DNA of 64,000 nucleotides, from the NCBI RefSeq assembly GCF_001194135.2, contig NC_068996.1:33150171-33214170 (forward strand), written 5' to 3'. Under the pieces are notes generated by a model. The model had not been told where the DNA came from and did not search any database. It worked only from the letters and a program-made list of their open reading frames with translations. This DNA comes from Octopus bimaculoides (lineage: Eukaryota). This document shows, piece by piece, positions 49,800-63,883 of this stretch. How positions within the stretch are numbered: position 1 is the first letter of the stretch; the number at the start of each line of letters is the position of its first letter. The translations under genes and the position numbers were made by a program.

Positions 49800-52700
49800 A
49801 ATCATCATTTAATGTCCGTTGTCTGTGCTGGCATGGGTTGGGTGGTTTGACTGGGCTGGCACACTGGAAGCTCACACCAGACTCCAGTCTGATTTGGCAT
49901 GGTTTTCTACAGCTGGATGCCCTTCCTAACACCAACCACTCTGAGAGAGTAATGGGTGCTTTTACATGCCAGCAGTATGGGTGCCATTTGCATGACACCA
50001 GAGTGAATTTATGTGCCAATTTGTGTGACACTTGTATCTACCATGACTGTGATTTTGCTCAGCTTGATGGGTCTTCTTCTCAAGCACAACATAATGCCAA
50101 AGGTCTTGATCATTACCTTGAAAAGAACTCAGCCACTTTGCCTCCATGAGGCAACACTTGAAAGGAACTCAGTCACTTTATCTCTCTGAGGTCAAACGTT
50201 CAAAGGTTGATTTTTTATGTGCCACCAGCATAGGTGCACTTGGTTCAATGGGTCCTCTTAAGTAGAACACATTGCTAAAGGTCTTGGTCACTAGCCATTG
50301 CCTTTGTGAAGCTCAGAGTTCAAAGATCATGCTTCACCACCTCATCCCATGTCTGCCTGGGTCTACCTCTACCACAGGTTCCCTCCACAGTTAGAGATTG
50401 GCACTTCTTTACACAGCTGTCCTTGTTCATACACATCACGACTATACCAGTACAGTCATCTCTCTTCCACACCACATCTGATTCCTCTTATGCCTAACTT
50501 TTCTCTCAAGATGCTTACACTCTGTTGAACATGCACACTGACATTGTACATCCAGCAAAGCATACTGGCTTCATTTCTCTCAAGCCTATGTTATAGCCCA
50601 TGTTTCCCTGCCATGTAGCACAGCTGTTTACACACAGGCATCAAACAATCTGCCTTTCATGCTGAGAGAGAGGCCCTTTGTTGCCAGAAGGGGTAGGAGT
50701 TCTCTGAACTTTGCCCAACCTAATTTTATTCTCACAACTATGCTCTTGGAACATCCACCTCCACTACAAACTTGGTCGCCTAAATATCGGAAGCTATCTA
50801 CTACCTCTAGCTTGCACCTGATTTGAAGGAATCTGTTTTCCACACATGTTCAGCATTTATTGTGCCTGTGAACCTTCTACATACAAAAGTTAGTTTCTCT
50901 CTTAACCTTCCTTTAATGTTGCTGCACCTTTTGTGTCCAAAGCTTACAGATTGAGCAGGGCTATCTAACTGAGGGGATTTATGGTTTGTCTGCTTTCCTA
51001 CTTACTATGATTTTGGTTTTTGCTAGGTTAACTCTAAGGTCCTTCGATTCTAATTCTTGTTTCAATACCTGGAACTTCTCTTGTTCAGGTAGTGATTCAG
51101 CTATAAGAGCAAGGTCATTAGCAAAGAGGAGCTCCCACGGGCAACCTGTCTTGAATTCCTCTGTTATTGCTTGGAGGACTATGATGAACAAAAGGAGGCT
51201 GAGCACCGATATACTTGTTGCCCACTCTCACCTTACTGGTAGCATACCTGTACAAGGCTTGTACAGCTCTCACCAACCACTCGTCCATCCCTAGTTTCTG
51301 CATTGGCCACCTGATAAGGGATCAGGGGACTCTGTCAAAAGCTTTCTCCAAGTCACAGAGGTTTATCCTTGGCTAGGTATTTCTCCTGCAGCTGTCTTAC
51401 CAGAAATATAGCACCAGTGGCACTTCTCCCTAGCACAAAATTAAACTGCATCTCATCTAAACTAACTCTCTCCCTAATTAGTTGGGCTATGACTTTTTCT
51501 GTAACTTGATCCAACAATTCGATTCCTCTGTAATTATTTCTATCTAAGGCATCACCTTTACCTTTGTATCAGTTGACTATGGTGCTGCTACATCAGTCAT
51601 TGGGCATGACTCTTTCATGAACCACCTGATTTACAATATGGATGACAAGACTGCTGAATATTTTAAGCATCTCAGTGGTGATTCTTCATGAGCCGGAGGC
51701 TTTCCCTCTCTTCATGTCCTTAATTGCTTTATATACCAGAGTACTGTTGATTCAAGTAGCTGGTCCCTCAATTGGGTCAACATTTGGCAGACTCTGGCAG
51801 ACTCTCCTCCTCCCATTCATTCTCCATATTCAGCAGTCTTTCATAATGGTATTTCCAAGCCTCTTTCTTTGCAGAATCATTAAATGCAAGTACACCATCA
51901 TCCATGTGGACACATTTCTCTCCTATGATATCACAATTTTCTCTCACACACTGTCTTGCAATCCAAAATACTTCATTTCATTGGTTCTCATGGCACTGAA
52001 CCTAGACAAACTTTTTTTTTCTGCTACTCCCTTGGTTAGATATACCTGTCTCCTAGCTTCCCTTCTGGCTATCTGATACAGTTCTCTGCTGCTCCCAGTC
52101 TTCCAGGCTTTCCAGGCCTGTTTCTTTGCTCTTATGGCCCTGTCAACAGTATTGTTCCACCACCATGTTACCCAAGGTCTGGAAGGGACTTTGCACCAGT
52201 CACAGATTTGGTCTGTGGCACTCAGCAAGCTATCCTGCAGGAATTCCCAGTTGCCCTCTGTGTCACAAGTTTGTAGCTGATCCTCCCTCTCATCAAATTT
52301 CTCAGTTAGGATTTCAGACTACGTGAAGTGTCCTTAAGCTTCCAAATCCTTATTTTCCAGATTAGTCTGCTTCTTGGCATCCTTCTGGCCTGGAGTCTAA
52401 AATTGCTAATGACTAGTCTATGCTTGGGGAGGGGGGGGGNNNNNNNNNNGGGGGGGGGGGAGCATTCTTCACCAGGGAGGGTCTTTGCTTTTAAGAGCAA
52501 CCATGCATTCTACTGTCCTGTGAGAATGAAATCTATCTGGTAAGCAGAGTCACCTGACAGATACGTTATCATGTGGCTGGCTGGCTTCCAGAAGTTGGTG
52601 TTGTGGATCAAAAGATTATTCACATTACAGAACTCCAGTAGCCTTGTTCCCTCTTCATTTCGGGAACTGATTCCCCTGCCCCCCATGAACACCATGGTAG

Positions 52701-53185
52701 ATATCAGGTTGCCATCTGACATGCCCATTGAAATCATCAGCCACAAAGATGAGATCATTATCACTCGTGTTGAAGGTAGTTTGCAGAATATCATAAAAGT
52801 GGTCCTTCTGTTCATTTGGCAGGCCTGTTTGTGGGGTGTAGGCAGATATAACTGTAGCTATACTATTCTGCAAGACTAGCCTGAGCTCAAGTACTCTATC
52901 GCATACTCTACCTCTATGAACTTATCCACCCATTTCTTGGCTCGGAGTATGCCCACACTGCCTACATGGAGTAAACCTATGTGTCTTGCCTGTGAGAAAA
53001 CTGGCTGAAGCTCCTGTCCACCTAACCTCTTGGATGCAATATATATTAACATGGCTCCTTTCAAGCATCTCTACAATCTTGTTAGATCTACTTTTCAGTG
53101 TGCCTACGTTTACAGTGCCAACCCTGATAACTAGGAAAGAAATGTGGGAGGGAACATGGGAAGGAGAGATGTTAATTTTTGTATT
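49800..53185 (-). mobile_element. Near full-length decayed RTE LINE
   Basis: On the minus strand: VGTVNVGTLKSR, TVISAYTPQTGL, VADDFNGHV, YQIDFIL, LFANDL and VVDSFRYLGDQ, ending in the tail at about 49800. Confidence 0.92.
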
Positions 53186-53209
53186 TATATTCAACACGCC
53201 AGACATACA

Positions 53210-53211
53210 TT

Positions 53212-53250
<39 letters not shown>

Positions 53251-53400
53251 ATATATGTATATATGTATTGTGTATGTATAATGTATGTATGTATATATTT
53301 ATATATATGTGTGTATATGTTTATAAATATATGTATGTATTTATGTATATACATGTCTATCTACATGTATGTGTATATGAGCATGGGTATATACACACGA
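53210..53400. repeat. Degenerate (TA)n/(TATG)n microsatellite
   Basis: Direct inspection. Confidence 0.9.
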
Positions 53401-53684
53401 TTATATTATGACAACTTATCCTTCTCTTTTCCTCGTTTTATTTTATTTTTTCCGTCTTGATACTTTTATAGATGCTACGCTGTCAAAATTGAAATGTTTT
53501 TCTATTTTCTCTTTTCTCCACCCCAACTTATATGGTTTTCTTTTTTCTTTCTTTTCATTTCTTCTTTCTTTTACAAACGACAGCAAATGTTGTGTGTGTT
53601 AGACATATATAAGGTATATAAGTGTGAGTATTACCACATACTTACGCATGGAGATGTATGTTTATATACGTGTGCGTAGGAATG

Positions 53685-53750
53685 TATGTGGAACTGAACC
53701 CAGAACTATGTGGTTGGAAAGCAAACTTCTTATCACACAGCTGCACCTGC
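53685..53750 (-). mobile_element. SINE tRNA-like head fragment
   Basis: Reverse complement ggtgcaggtgcagctgtgtgataag...catagttctgggttcagttcc matches the head at 63477. Confidence 0.7.
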
Positions 53751-53804
53751 ACCTATAAATACATACATACACACACACATATATATATGTGTGTGTGTAT
53801 ATAT

Positions 53805-55090
53805 TTTTATCTGCAAATGGACAGAGATTTAAAGATGTGTTACTCAAAGCCTTCAATGAAATAGAAGGTGATATAGCATCACATAATGTGGAAGACAATT
53901 GGATGTTTCTACGGGACAACCTGCTGAGGGCCACTGACCAGATCTGTGGATGGTGCAAAGTCCCCTCTTGACCCAAAGTAACGTGGTAGTGGAATAATGT
54001 GGTTGACAGAGCTATTAGACAAAAGAAACAGGCTTGGAAGGACTGGAAGAACGGTGGTAGCAGGGAATTGTATCAGACTGCCAGAAGGGAAGCTAAGCGA
54101 CAGGTTTATTTAGCCAGAGGCGAAGCAGATATGAAAAAAATTGCCAATGTTCTGTGCCGTGAGGACTAAAGACTTGAAGTATTTTGTGTTGCAAGACAAT
54201 GTGATGTCGTAGGAGAGAAATGTGAGAAAGCCTTTGACAGGGTCCCCCGATCCCTTATCTGGTGGTCAATGAAGAAACTAGGGATAGAAGAATGGTTAGT
54301 GAGAGCTGTGCGAGCCATGTACAGAGACACTGTCAGTAAGGTGAGGGTTGGCAATGAGTACAGTGAAGAATTCCGGGTAGAGGTAGGGGTCCACCAAGGT
54401 TCTGTCCTCAGCCCCTCCTATTTATCATAGTCCTCCAGGCGATAACGGAGGAATTCAAGACAGGATGCCCCTGGGAGCTCCTCTATGCTGATGACCTTGC
54501 ACTAATTGCTGAGTCACTATCAGAACTAGAAGAGAAGTTTCAGGTNNNNNNNNNNNNNNNNNNNNNNNNNNNNNNNNNNNNNNNNNNNNNNNNNNNNNNN
54601 NNNNNNNNNNNNNNNNNNNNNNNNNNNNNNNNNNNNNNNNNNNNNNNNNNNNNNNNNNNNNNNNNNNNNNNNNNNNNNNNNNNNNNNNNNNNNNNNNNNN
54701 NNNNNNNNNNNNNNNNNGGTGTAGGTAGAAACTCTATAAGGTGTACCCAGTGCAAGCTATGGACACATAAGAGGTGCAGCAATATCAAAGGCAGGTTAAC
54801 TAGGAAGTTAATTTTTGGTATGTGGCAGATGTTCAGGTGCAATAAACACTGAAAATGTGCAGAAAACAACTTCTGCCACATTCCAGGGAGAAAAACTAGA
54901 CGTAGTTGATAGCTTCCGCTATCTGGGTGACCAAGTTAGTAGTGGGGGAGGGTGCTCTGAAAGTGTAGCTGCTAGAATAAGAATAGCCTGGGCAAAGTTC
55001 AGAGAGCTCTTACCTTTGCTGGTTACAAAGGGCCTCTCACTTAAAGTAAAAGGTAGACTGTATGACGCATGTGTACGAACAGCCAACTTC
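53805..55090 (+). mobile_element. RTE LINE fragment with an internal deletion near 54223
   Basis: The linker sequence jumps at gagaaatgtg|agaaagcctttgac directly into RT. LYADDL and VVDSFRYLGDQ are present, with a gap at 54546-54717. Confidence 0.9.
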
Positions 55091-55539
55091 TAGAAAGTTG
55101 AACTGTAGAAGTGTGTGATAATGTTGATAGTTATGGTAGTGGTAGTTGAGGTGTGGTGGTAGTGTTGTTGTTGGTGGTGTTGTGGTGGTGATGCCGTGGG
55201 ATGATGATACTTGTGTAATCCTAAATTACCTTGATGCAGGAAATATATGACACCTATATAATCTGCTAATGAAATGACTGTGATCAGCTGATTTACTGTA
55301 CCAGATATTATATAACCTCAGCAACTTCTTAATAGGACACTTCATAGTGCTGAGCCCTACACAAACAGGCACGCTGTGTTTCACCCTTGATGCAACATCT
55401 ATCTCTATATTACTAACACTACAATCATCATTGTGTCTAAGTCACAATACCACATTACCCAGAACATCTGTTGTACATTATACAACCATACATATTGTCT
55501 CATTTGCAAACTTTGCAGTGTACTTTTATATCTTCCTTT

Positions 55540-56700
55540 TTATCTTACTCTTAGTCAAGTTCAGCTGTCACTTGGCTACCCTTCTAGACAATTTGTAATG
55601 CCCCTTACTACCCACTTTCTTTCAGATTTTCCAAGCTTGTATCTAAGCTTAACTGCTCTATCAACCTTATCATTCCACCATCAAATCAGTTTCAGTTTGA
55701 CTGGGACTTTTCTCCAGCCACATATTTGATCTGTAGCCCTAAGTATGTTATTTTGTATAAATTCCCAGTTGTTACAGGTATCTATATTTTCTTCTCTAGT
55801 CAAAGCTTATTTGTAATTGCTGGGTCTTTTAGTTTCCAAATGTTTGTTCTCCATGTCATCTTTCATTTTTGTCTGCCTAGCTCTGATTCTGAGTTCACTA
55901 ACAATTAATCTATGCTGTGAAGTGTATCCTTTGCTAGGAAAAGTTTTGGTATTTACAATAATCCGTCTGTCCCGTTTCCTGGTGTGTATAAAATCTATTT
56001 GACTTGAGTACTTGCCAGATTGGTAAGCAATGAGGTGGTTGGCTGGTTTTTTTAAAGTGTACAGTGCAAATTGTTAGATCAGTTACATTACAGACTTTCA
56101 TGAACCTTACACCCTCCATTCATGAATCATGTCATGTATGTTCACAGAGGTCATCATTGTGTTTGTCAACATGTCCACTGAAGTCACCAACCACAATAGT
56201 GAAGTTGCTGTCAATTGTTATTGACATAGTCTGCAGAAGGGTCTCACCAAAACATTTGGAAACTAAAAGCATATGAGCTGCTTGTAACTAGTTTCATCTT
56301 AATTATCCTATTGCACAACCTAACAACTTTAATGACTTTCTCAATCTATTTCTCAGTTAACAGCATGCCTACTCCACACTTATTGTCACTATAACAGCTT
56401 GTATTGCTGTCTCTAACCAGTGAGGAGTTTGATTGAAGATCCTTTCCACCTCACCCCTTTTACACATTCACTCATATCTTTTATCACATCTACATTGATG
56501 GTTGCAGCCCCAAATATTTGAAAGCTGCAGAAAGAAGGCAAAGGCTGTTTGAATGTTAGTTCATTACTGTTTGATGACATCTGAACTTTTGAGGGATACA
56601 AAAAGTTATGGCACAGTTTGCCAGATTTGTGGCACAGTTGGTAGATTTACACACCTGACTCCATTTATCTTCTCAGTAATTTATTCATTCTTCAACACTC
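55540..56700 (-). mobile_element. Old RTE endonuclease-region remnant
   Basis: EGVRFMKVCNVTDLTICTVHFKKTSQ and a minus-strand AATINVDVIK/VRWKGSS remnant. Confidence 0.6.
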
Positions 56701-59700
56701 AATAAGCAGTAAATATTCCTATTGCCATTAACATTATCAATGTTATGCATCTTTTTATTAGTATCATTGGCAGGATACTGATATAGAGGGGCACAGTGGG
56801 GATACCTTCATCTGGTCTATGAGGCATATGATCTCTGTGGTATACAGTCACAGAGGTTGGGAGTTTAGACTTTTATTTATCAGAGGAAAGTAGAAAAGAC
56901 TCCCAATATAGGTGATGGGATAGGATTGGGTGGGTGCATTGCAAGCAAGCACCAAACTTCCATGAGAGAGAAGAAATATTAATAGTAAAAATATTAATAT
57001 TAAAGAGAACAGGGCCATATTAAAGTTAAAGAGAAAGCAGCTGTAACACATTAGAATCCAAAGTAGTGAATGAACATGATAAAAATGAAAAGATTAGAAA
57101 ATAGAGATTTGGTGCTTATCTTGACTTTTTTGTTGTTGTTTTCTTTTTAATCATATATGAATATCTGATTAGAATAGAGTGCCCAAATTGATATACTTCA
57201 TAGGACTTGTAGCATATAAAAGGAAAAATTAGATATTATTTTTCTAAAGTAAAAGTAAATGGTTACCAAAATGCTGTGACCTTTTTCTCTATCTAAATTT
57301 ATAAGTAAAATTATTAGATTGTTGAACAAAAGGCAATACAGTGTATGTTCTGACTGTTTACTTTTTGAATCAAGGTCAACTAAATTTTTTTCCCACTACA
57401 TTTGTAGACTTGTTCTTATGATTATTGACCTTTTTGATACCAACCTATCTGAGATCATCCTTGATTCTATGATATAAACTTTTTTAAAACTAACCTAAAT
57501 TAAACCTTCCATCAAAATTTCATGTTAATTCATTCTCTAAACACCAGCTTAACAATGTCAGAAGTTATTTTGTTACATTTTTCATTATTTTCAAAATTAA
57601 ATGGAAAAAAAAAAAGGTCAATAATTCTATTTCATATAAGGAATAGATTAGTGCTCATGGTTTATCTAATTTTATGGATGTTTATTCCCTTGAAATATGT
57701 TTAAGACAACAAAAAGAATCAAGTCTATCTTTGTACACAGGTTGCTAATTAAGAGAAATCACTGAAGAGTTACAAAAAAGCCAACATGTTTATATATAAA
57801 TGGCTGTTGTGTGTTACTAATCAACTGGATGGTCTTTTTTGTGAAACAGTTAGAATTTTGCTGTTGAACCAGTAACTATGACATTTCTTTTATCTGAGAA
57901 TGGTAACGTAGCTCAGAAAGAACTAAACCTTTTAACGTCTGTTCTCAAGTTACACTATAATTGAAAAAATAAGACAAACAACAATTTTCAGATAAATTTA
58001 CTGAGATAAGCAAATGTGACTTCATTATATACACAGTAAACATTTGTAGTAGAAACTGAAGTTAGTTCTATAATAGTTGCTTGTTGCTAGTCAACAATGC
58101 ATAGTTGCACCAGCTAATCTTTAATTTCAAATGTTTTGATAGAGATATTGAATAATTCAAGGCTGTATCTTAATTCATAACACTGTTAGCTAATCCACAA
58201 CTCTTTCCTGAAACTCATAATTTTCTTAAATTAATACATGGCTACAACTAACTTGTGTTGATATTAAATAATCCACAAGTCTATGCACCACATAGACCAT
58301 AATGGTCCTATTTAATAGATAATTACACTAGCTAAGGTATAATTATACAAATTACTCTTAAGCAACTAATCTACATCTGTTGTGAAGACAAGAAGAATTT
58401 TATACACCTCATTATGACCTCAGCAGACACTTGTGATGTCATGATGTCACTTTAAAGATCATTTTAGAAAAAATTTCGTTTACCAAAGATGGCAGAGAAT
58501 AATCTTGTTGAAAGAGACAAGAAATCTTCACCATCTCTCATGCAAGAAGTATATTATGATATCATATTAATTGTCTTTGACTTTCATTCATTTATGTTAC
58601 TTTCAGCTTTAAACTACTGGAATATTTTAAGGCAGTTTGGTTGTGATATTGGATATAACAAACAAGATGTGCCTATAATACCTGACACCAATTTATATTT
58701 GCCTTTTAAATTCAAACCACATATCACATGTTCAACCATAACTGTATTACAAAGATATGTTGACAATTTAAAGGTGTTCTTTTTCATAGCATTTATTACA
58801 ACAAATATCATCACCTTTATTCCATATTTTATTCCAAAGGAATATAGATTTCGAAAGGTATTTGCACTGACAGTTATTAAATATTCACTTTATGTATCAC
58901 TTATAATTCTGCTATGTTGGTCACACTGGTGAAGGAAAATAAAAATTCAGTGCGAATTAATAATTCTTTAGAAATGTTATAAGTCAGATAATATTTAAAA
59001 GAATGCAAAGAAAAAACAGAAATTAGCTCTGTGGATTTAACCGTACAAGACATTTTGAAATGAATTATTAAGTATCTTCTTTATATGCTCCATTAAGAAT
59101 AATTAAAAGAATAGTAAATACTCAAATGTTGTTAACTGTTTTCAATTCAGGAAACATTTATCAGTCTAAAAACATTGTTTTTCGCATCATTTAAAATCAT
59201 CTATACAAAATAATAGCATTATATCATACTAGACAGTGTAGACTAATAATTGCTTTCTTTTAGTAACAGTTGTATGCTCCCAATTAATTACTAAGCAGCT
59301 TTCTTCATTATAGTATAGATATCAACCAACCAGCAACAACATGAATTATGTGTGTGAGTGTGTGATATAAATGAACTGTGGCAGAGACCCCAATCTAGAC
59401 AAGTGTGACTGCATTACTCAGACTATCCTGACCAAAATGAAGTCACTTTGCTCAGCTTCTTAGCAACTCTTCTTACAGAATGTCACTGAAACAGCTTTTG
59501 CCAATCCCTTCCCTTTCAATACCATACAGACAGCATCATTTCCATGCTTCTAACCTAAATAGCAAGAGCTACAAATGGTAGACTGTGATAGTTCTAAGAG
59601 AATATATCACTCTAGTAATTAAATACTCTACATTAACTATAGTAGATATTAGAGAGAAAAACATGATATACTGGTAGCATAGTAGTTCCTGAAATACAAC

Positions 59701-60229
59701 TACTCTATGAATAGATACTCCAAACAAATCTACTCTACCTCTTCTTTCTACCACAATGTGACCAGTATGATACTACAATGTAAGTGCCCTTCTGAGAAGT
59801 TGTTAGACGTGGTTCTACAGCTGTAATGAAAGCGATCTGTCTAGGACACAACTCTCTAGCAACTGTTCAAAATAGAACTCTGAATAAAATTCTACACAGG
59901 GAAACACAAACTTAGCAGGTTGTAGAGAAGACAAACCTATCTGGAAGAGAATTACATATGAATAAAATTCTACATCAAAAAAATGTGGACTCAGTAAGCT
60001 GAAATGAAAGCAATCTATACAGGAAGGCAATAACTCTAAATAAAAACTATATACAGGGAGGCAATAACACTAAATAAAAACTAAGTGTAGATGGGATATT
60101 TTTATTTTTGTTAGAAAGCCTCTCTTATGAGGATGGCATGATAAAATGCACTCAATCCATACAAAAGTGGTTTGTGATAAGAAGGGCAACTAGCTTTAAA
60201 AAAAAGAAAAAATGTGTAGAAACGACAAT

Positions 60230-60590
60230 CAAATATAGTTGAAAGCTCTATTTGCATATACAGGGTTACACCTTGTTAAGGATGCAAATAGGGTAGACAG
60301 ATTGTTGGCAGAAAGTAGGCGTTCAGAAAAAATGACAATAATTAAGAATAGATTAGTTGTCATAAGCAAAGCAACAGCAACAGTGATCTCTGCATACACA
60401 CCACAATCAAGACTGACAGATGAGCAAAAGGACCAATTATTTATGTCCTTTTTCAAATTATCTAAATAATAGATGGCAGCTACTCCTTTATCGTAGCTTA
60501 TGACTTCAATGAACAAATAAAACATTGTGAAAGCTAAACTGATATACATGGAGGCTACATTTATGACATGAAGTGAAGAGAAATGAAAGC
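60230..60590 (+). mobile_element. RTE endonuclease remnant
   Basis: KNRLVVISKATATVISAYTPQSRLTDEQKDQ. Confidence 0.7.
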
Positions 60591-60597
60591 CCTAGAA

Positions 60598-62750
60598 CAG
60601 GGGTTCTCAACCATTTTTTACTTGTGGATCCCTTTGATTCCTATTTTATAACAACTAAATTCTATGGAAAATGAATGTTTACAAATAAAATGAGTCATAA
60701 ATAAACAAGGACATATTCATTAAAAGAAGACTACTTTAGTGCTACTTTATTTAATGCGAGCCTTGTGGTTGATACTGCTCTTCTAGTTTTGCAATATTTG
60801 GCTCCACCAATGTCAATGATAATCAAAGATCACCTCTTTCTACAATGCCAAGTTGAGTACGAGCTTTTGAAAGTAAGTTAGTAACACAGCTGAAATCATA
60901 TTCAACAAGGTAAGATGAAAGAAAAGCAGTAAAGTACAATTGCGCTTTCTTCCAGAGTAATAGATACTTTGTAACAGTGTCATTACTTTTCCATACGTTA
61001 TGTTCCTCATCTTTAAAATCTTGCCTGAGATATTTCATCATTCTGCAATTCAATGAGCTTCTCCTGCAAACAGATATCTATATCAGCAACATTAACTTCA
61101 AAAGGAAGTGTCACCCAACGTGGTATATTTAACTTCAGTAGGTCATTAAACTGAGCTTGCATATCAACAACATGCAAATTACTATTAATTGATTCCAAAC
61201 TAAGAAACTAATAATACACAATTTACAATATTCATTTTCTAGAGCAGTACTTTCCCTAGAAAAAGCAGTAATAGCTCTTTTGGATGATATGAGATCTGAG
61301 CTTTCTCCTTGAAGCTGTTTATTAAACAAATTAATTTTATCAAATATATCTGATAAATAAAATATATCACATTTAGCTGCAACCATCTGTTGGCCAAGAT
61401 TGTTGTTAGCTAGAAATGAAACAAGTGTCCCAAAATGCAACAAAACTCTTAAACAATTACCTTTTGATAACCATCTCACCTCTGTGTGAGTTACAGGGCA
61501 GATTGCAGAATTCATGAAAGATGTGGTCTTGTAAAGAATTTCATTTAATATATTTAAGTGCTTAAGAAGATACACCAAGCCAAGTGAAATCGTAGTTGTA
61601 GCCAGTGCTGGTGACACATAACAGCTTCAGTGCTGGTGACACATAACAGCTTCTGTGCTGGTGATACATAAAAATACCCATGCAGGTGACACATAAAAGC
61701 AGCCATGCTGGTTACACGTAAAAAGCACACATTACACTCTTGGAGTAGTTGGCATTAGGAAGGACATCCAGCCATAAAAACCAAACCAAATTCAGACTGG
61801 AACTTGGTGTAGTTCTCTGGCTTACCAGCTCTAGTCAAGCTGTCCAACCCATGCCAGCATAGAAATCAGATGTTAAATGATGATGATAATGATGAACTTT
61901 TATTACAATACTAAGAGCATCTTGCAGACATTCATTTAATTGTTTTGCAACTAAGTGTTGCTATTGTATTACATAGTTTATGTAAAATCCTTCAAGGCAC
62001 AGCATTTTTCAAATAAGCAATAAAACCCCTTTTCCTGCTAATCATGGATGGAGTACTGTCATTAGCACAATAATGTTTCTAAGGGAAATATTATTTTTCT
62101 TGAAATAGGTTACAACTTTTTTGAAAATTGTTTTGCCTTTAGTGTTTGTTTTAAGATGTCTGGCAAAATTCATTTCCTCTCTGAATCCATTACCATCCAA
62201 AAATGGAACATATGCCAATAAATTAGCTTTATCTCCCAGGGTAGATTTATTAGGTTGAAGACGAAGTTTCTGTACTTGGAATTTGGCTATTAATTGCTTT
62301 TCAACATCCTTAGCCATTTCATCAATGCACTGTAACACTGATCATACTAGTAATTTCATTAGCATTTTGTTTCATCAGTGATGAAATTATGACACATACC
62401 AAAGGTAAAATTAGTTTCACCAATATCATAGAGTTTCCCAGCCTTTGCTATAACTTTATAAATTTCATAGGATGTCAGTAAACCATTATTATTTTTACAT
62501 AATTGGTTACTAAATAACTGATTCACCATTTTCCTTGCTTGAAATTCATTGCACAATTTTCTAAAATATTCTACAGAATTGTTTTTCTTGCCTTCAAGTT
62601 TAGTCTCCAAATGGATTTTAAGCTTGTGTTATCATTTTGGCTTCATGTTATCATTTGACAGCACATCCATACATACAGGATGCATTGGTTTCACTTCATA
62701 CTGTGGCAATGGATTAAAGCTATAAGACAGAAAACTGTCAGCATTTTTTC
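60598..62750 (-). mobile_element. Decayed hAT transposase of the Charlie/Buster (ZBED5/SCAND3-like) group
   Basis: TIR caggggttctcaacc at 60598, preceded by ccctagaa (NTCTAGAN-like target). Reads SYEI..VIAKAGK.YDIGET, CIDEMAKDVEKQL, NTKGKTIF, HTEVRWLSKGNCL and FYLSDIFDKINLFNKQLQG. The second TIR was not found. Confidence 0.88.
61560..61895 (+). mobile_element. RTE 3'-end fragment inserted in the hAT transposase
   Basis: caagccaagtgaaatcgtag, 25-bp tandem units, ggcattaggaaggacatccagc and a (GAT)n tail. Confidence 0.85.
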
Positions 62751-62784
62751 TTAGTCAGAGGGGTGGAATTCTGGTTTAAGCTCC

Positions 62785-63225
62785 CATAACGTTTTCATTC
62801 TTCACAATTCTCGGAAAATTTTTGTGAATTTGTCTTCTACACACAGGGGTTCATAAGATTATGCAAAAGAAAACAAAATTTTTTGTGTGATTTAAGGGCA
62901 ACTTAGCTGTTGTTCTTAGCACATCCCACAACCATCTTCCTTGTTTCTTTGTCACTCTGATATGTATTGATGTTTTTCAATATTTTTCTCCCTATAAACA
63001 CATTCAATGGAATGATGATGCACCCAAGAGTGGTCCATTAAGCAAAAAATTCAGACTGTTCATATTTTAAACTCTATTTTAAAAAATATTTGGAAAAAGT
63101 GAAAATTTTAGGATTTGTTTTTTTTTTTTTTTTAATTTATTTTTCCATAATCATATGAATTCCCATCTGTAGAACACAAATTCACAAAAATTTTCTGAAA
63201 TATTAAAAAAAATAGAAACAGAAGT
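62785..63225. mobile_element. MITE-like inverted-repeat element
   Basis: ggaaaatttttgtgaatttgtcttctacacacaggggttcataagattatg at about 62806-62862 matches the reverse complement of about 63145-63200. The ends are approximate. Confidence 0.6.
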
Positions 63226-63476
63226 GACTCCAGGTCATCAGCGTCAATCAGGCTCATCATAGATTTCACATAAGAAATGCCTGCTCAAAGAATTTCACAT
63301 TTTTCTGCTTTATTTCTAGCACTAAATGGCTTATTTTTTTATATCTAGCATTATGTCGTTCTCCATTTCTAAGTTAAGGGTAAAAATAAAGCAATCCTGC
63401 AAAACACAACTGATGCACAGAATAACAGCAATCAAATAATGATGGCAGAGTGCACAACAAATATCAGCGATCTATA

Positions 63477-63883
63477 AGTGCAGGAGTGGCTGTGTGGTAA
63501 GTAGCTTGCTCACCAACCACATGGTTCCGGGTTCAGTCCCACTGCGTGGCACCTTGGACAAGTGTCTTCTACTATAGCCTCAGGCCGACCAAAGCCTTGT
63601 GAGTGGATTTGGTAGACAGAAACTGAAAGAAGCCCGTCGTATATATGTATATATAAATGTATGTATGTATATGTTTGTGTGTTTGTGTCTGTCCCCCCAA
63701 CATCGCTTGACAACTGATGGTGGTGTGTTTACGTCCCCGTAACTTAGCGGTTCGGCAAATGAGACCGATAGAATAAGTACTAGGCTTCCAAAGAATAAAT
63801 CCTGGGGTCGATTTGCTCAACTGAAGGCGGTGCTCTAACATGGCCACAGTCAAAAGACTGAAACAAGTAAAAGAGTAAAAGAG
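63477..63883 (+). mobile_element. Full-length tRNA-derived SINE of the octopus type
   Basis: A-box tggctgtgtgg (63487-63497), B-box ggttcagtccc (63530-63540), central ggcaccttggacaagtgtcttc, an internal TA/TG microsatellite and a gtaaaaga repeat tail. Confidence 0.88.

Noticed and set aside
58489-58932. 147-aa hydrophobic ORF starting MAENNLVERDKK
   Set aside because: The F/I/L/Y-rich composition is expected from AT-rich noncoding DNA, and the apparent 58-nt intron would create an immediate stop. The first 20 codons and a 60-nt minus-strand segment near 58675-58735 remain unverified.
63477-63545. tRNA gene
   Set aside because: A- and B-boxes are present, but there is no cloverleaf and the sequence continues into a multicopy SINE body.
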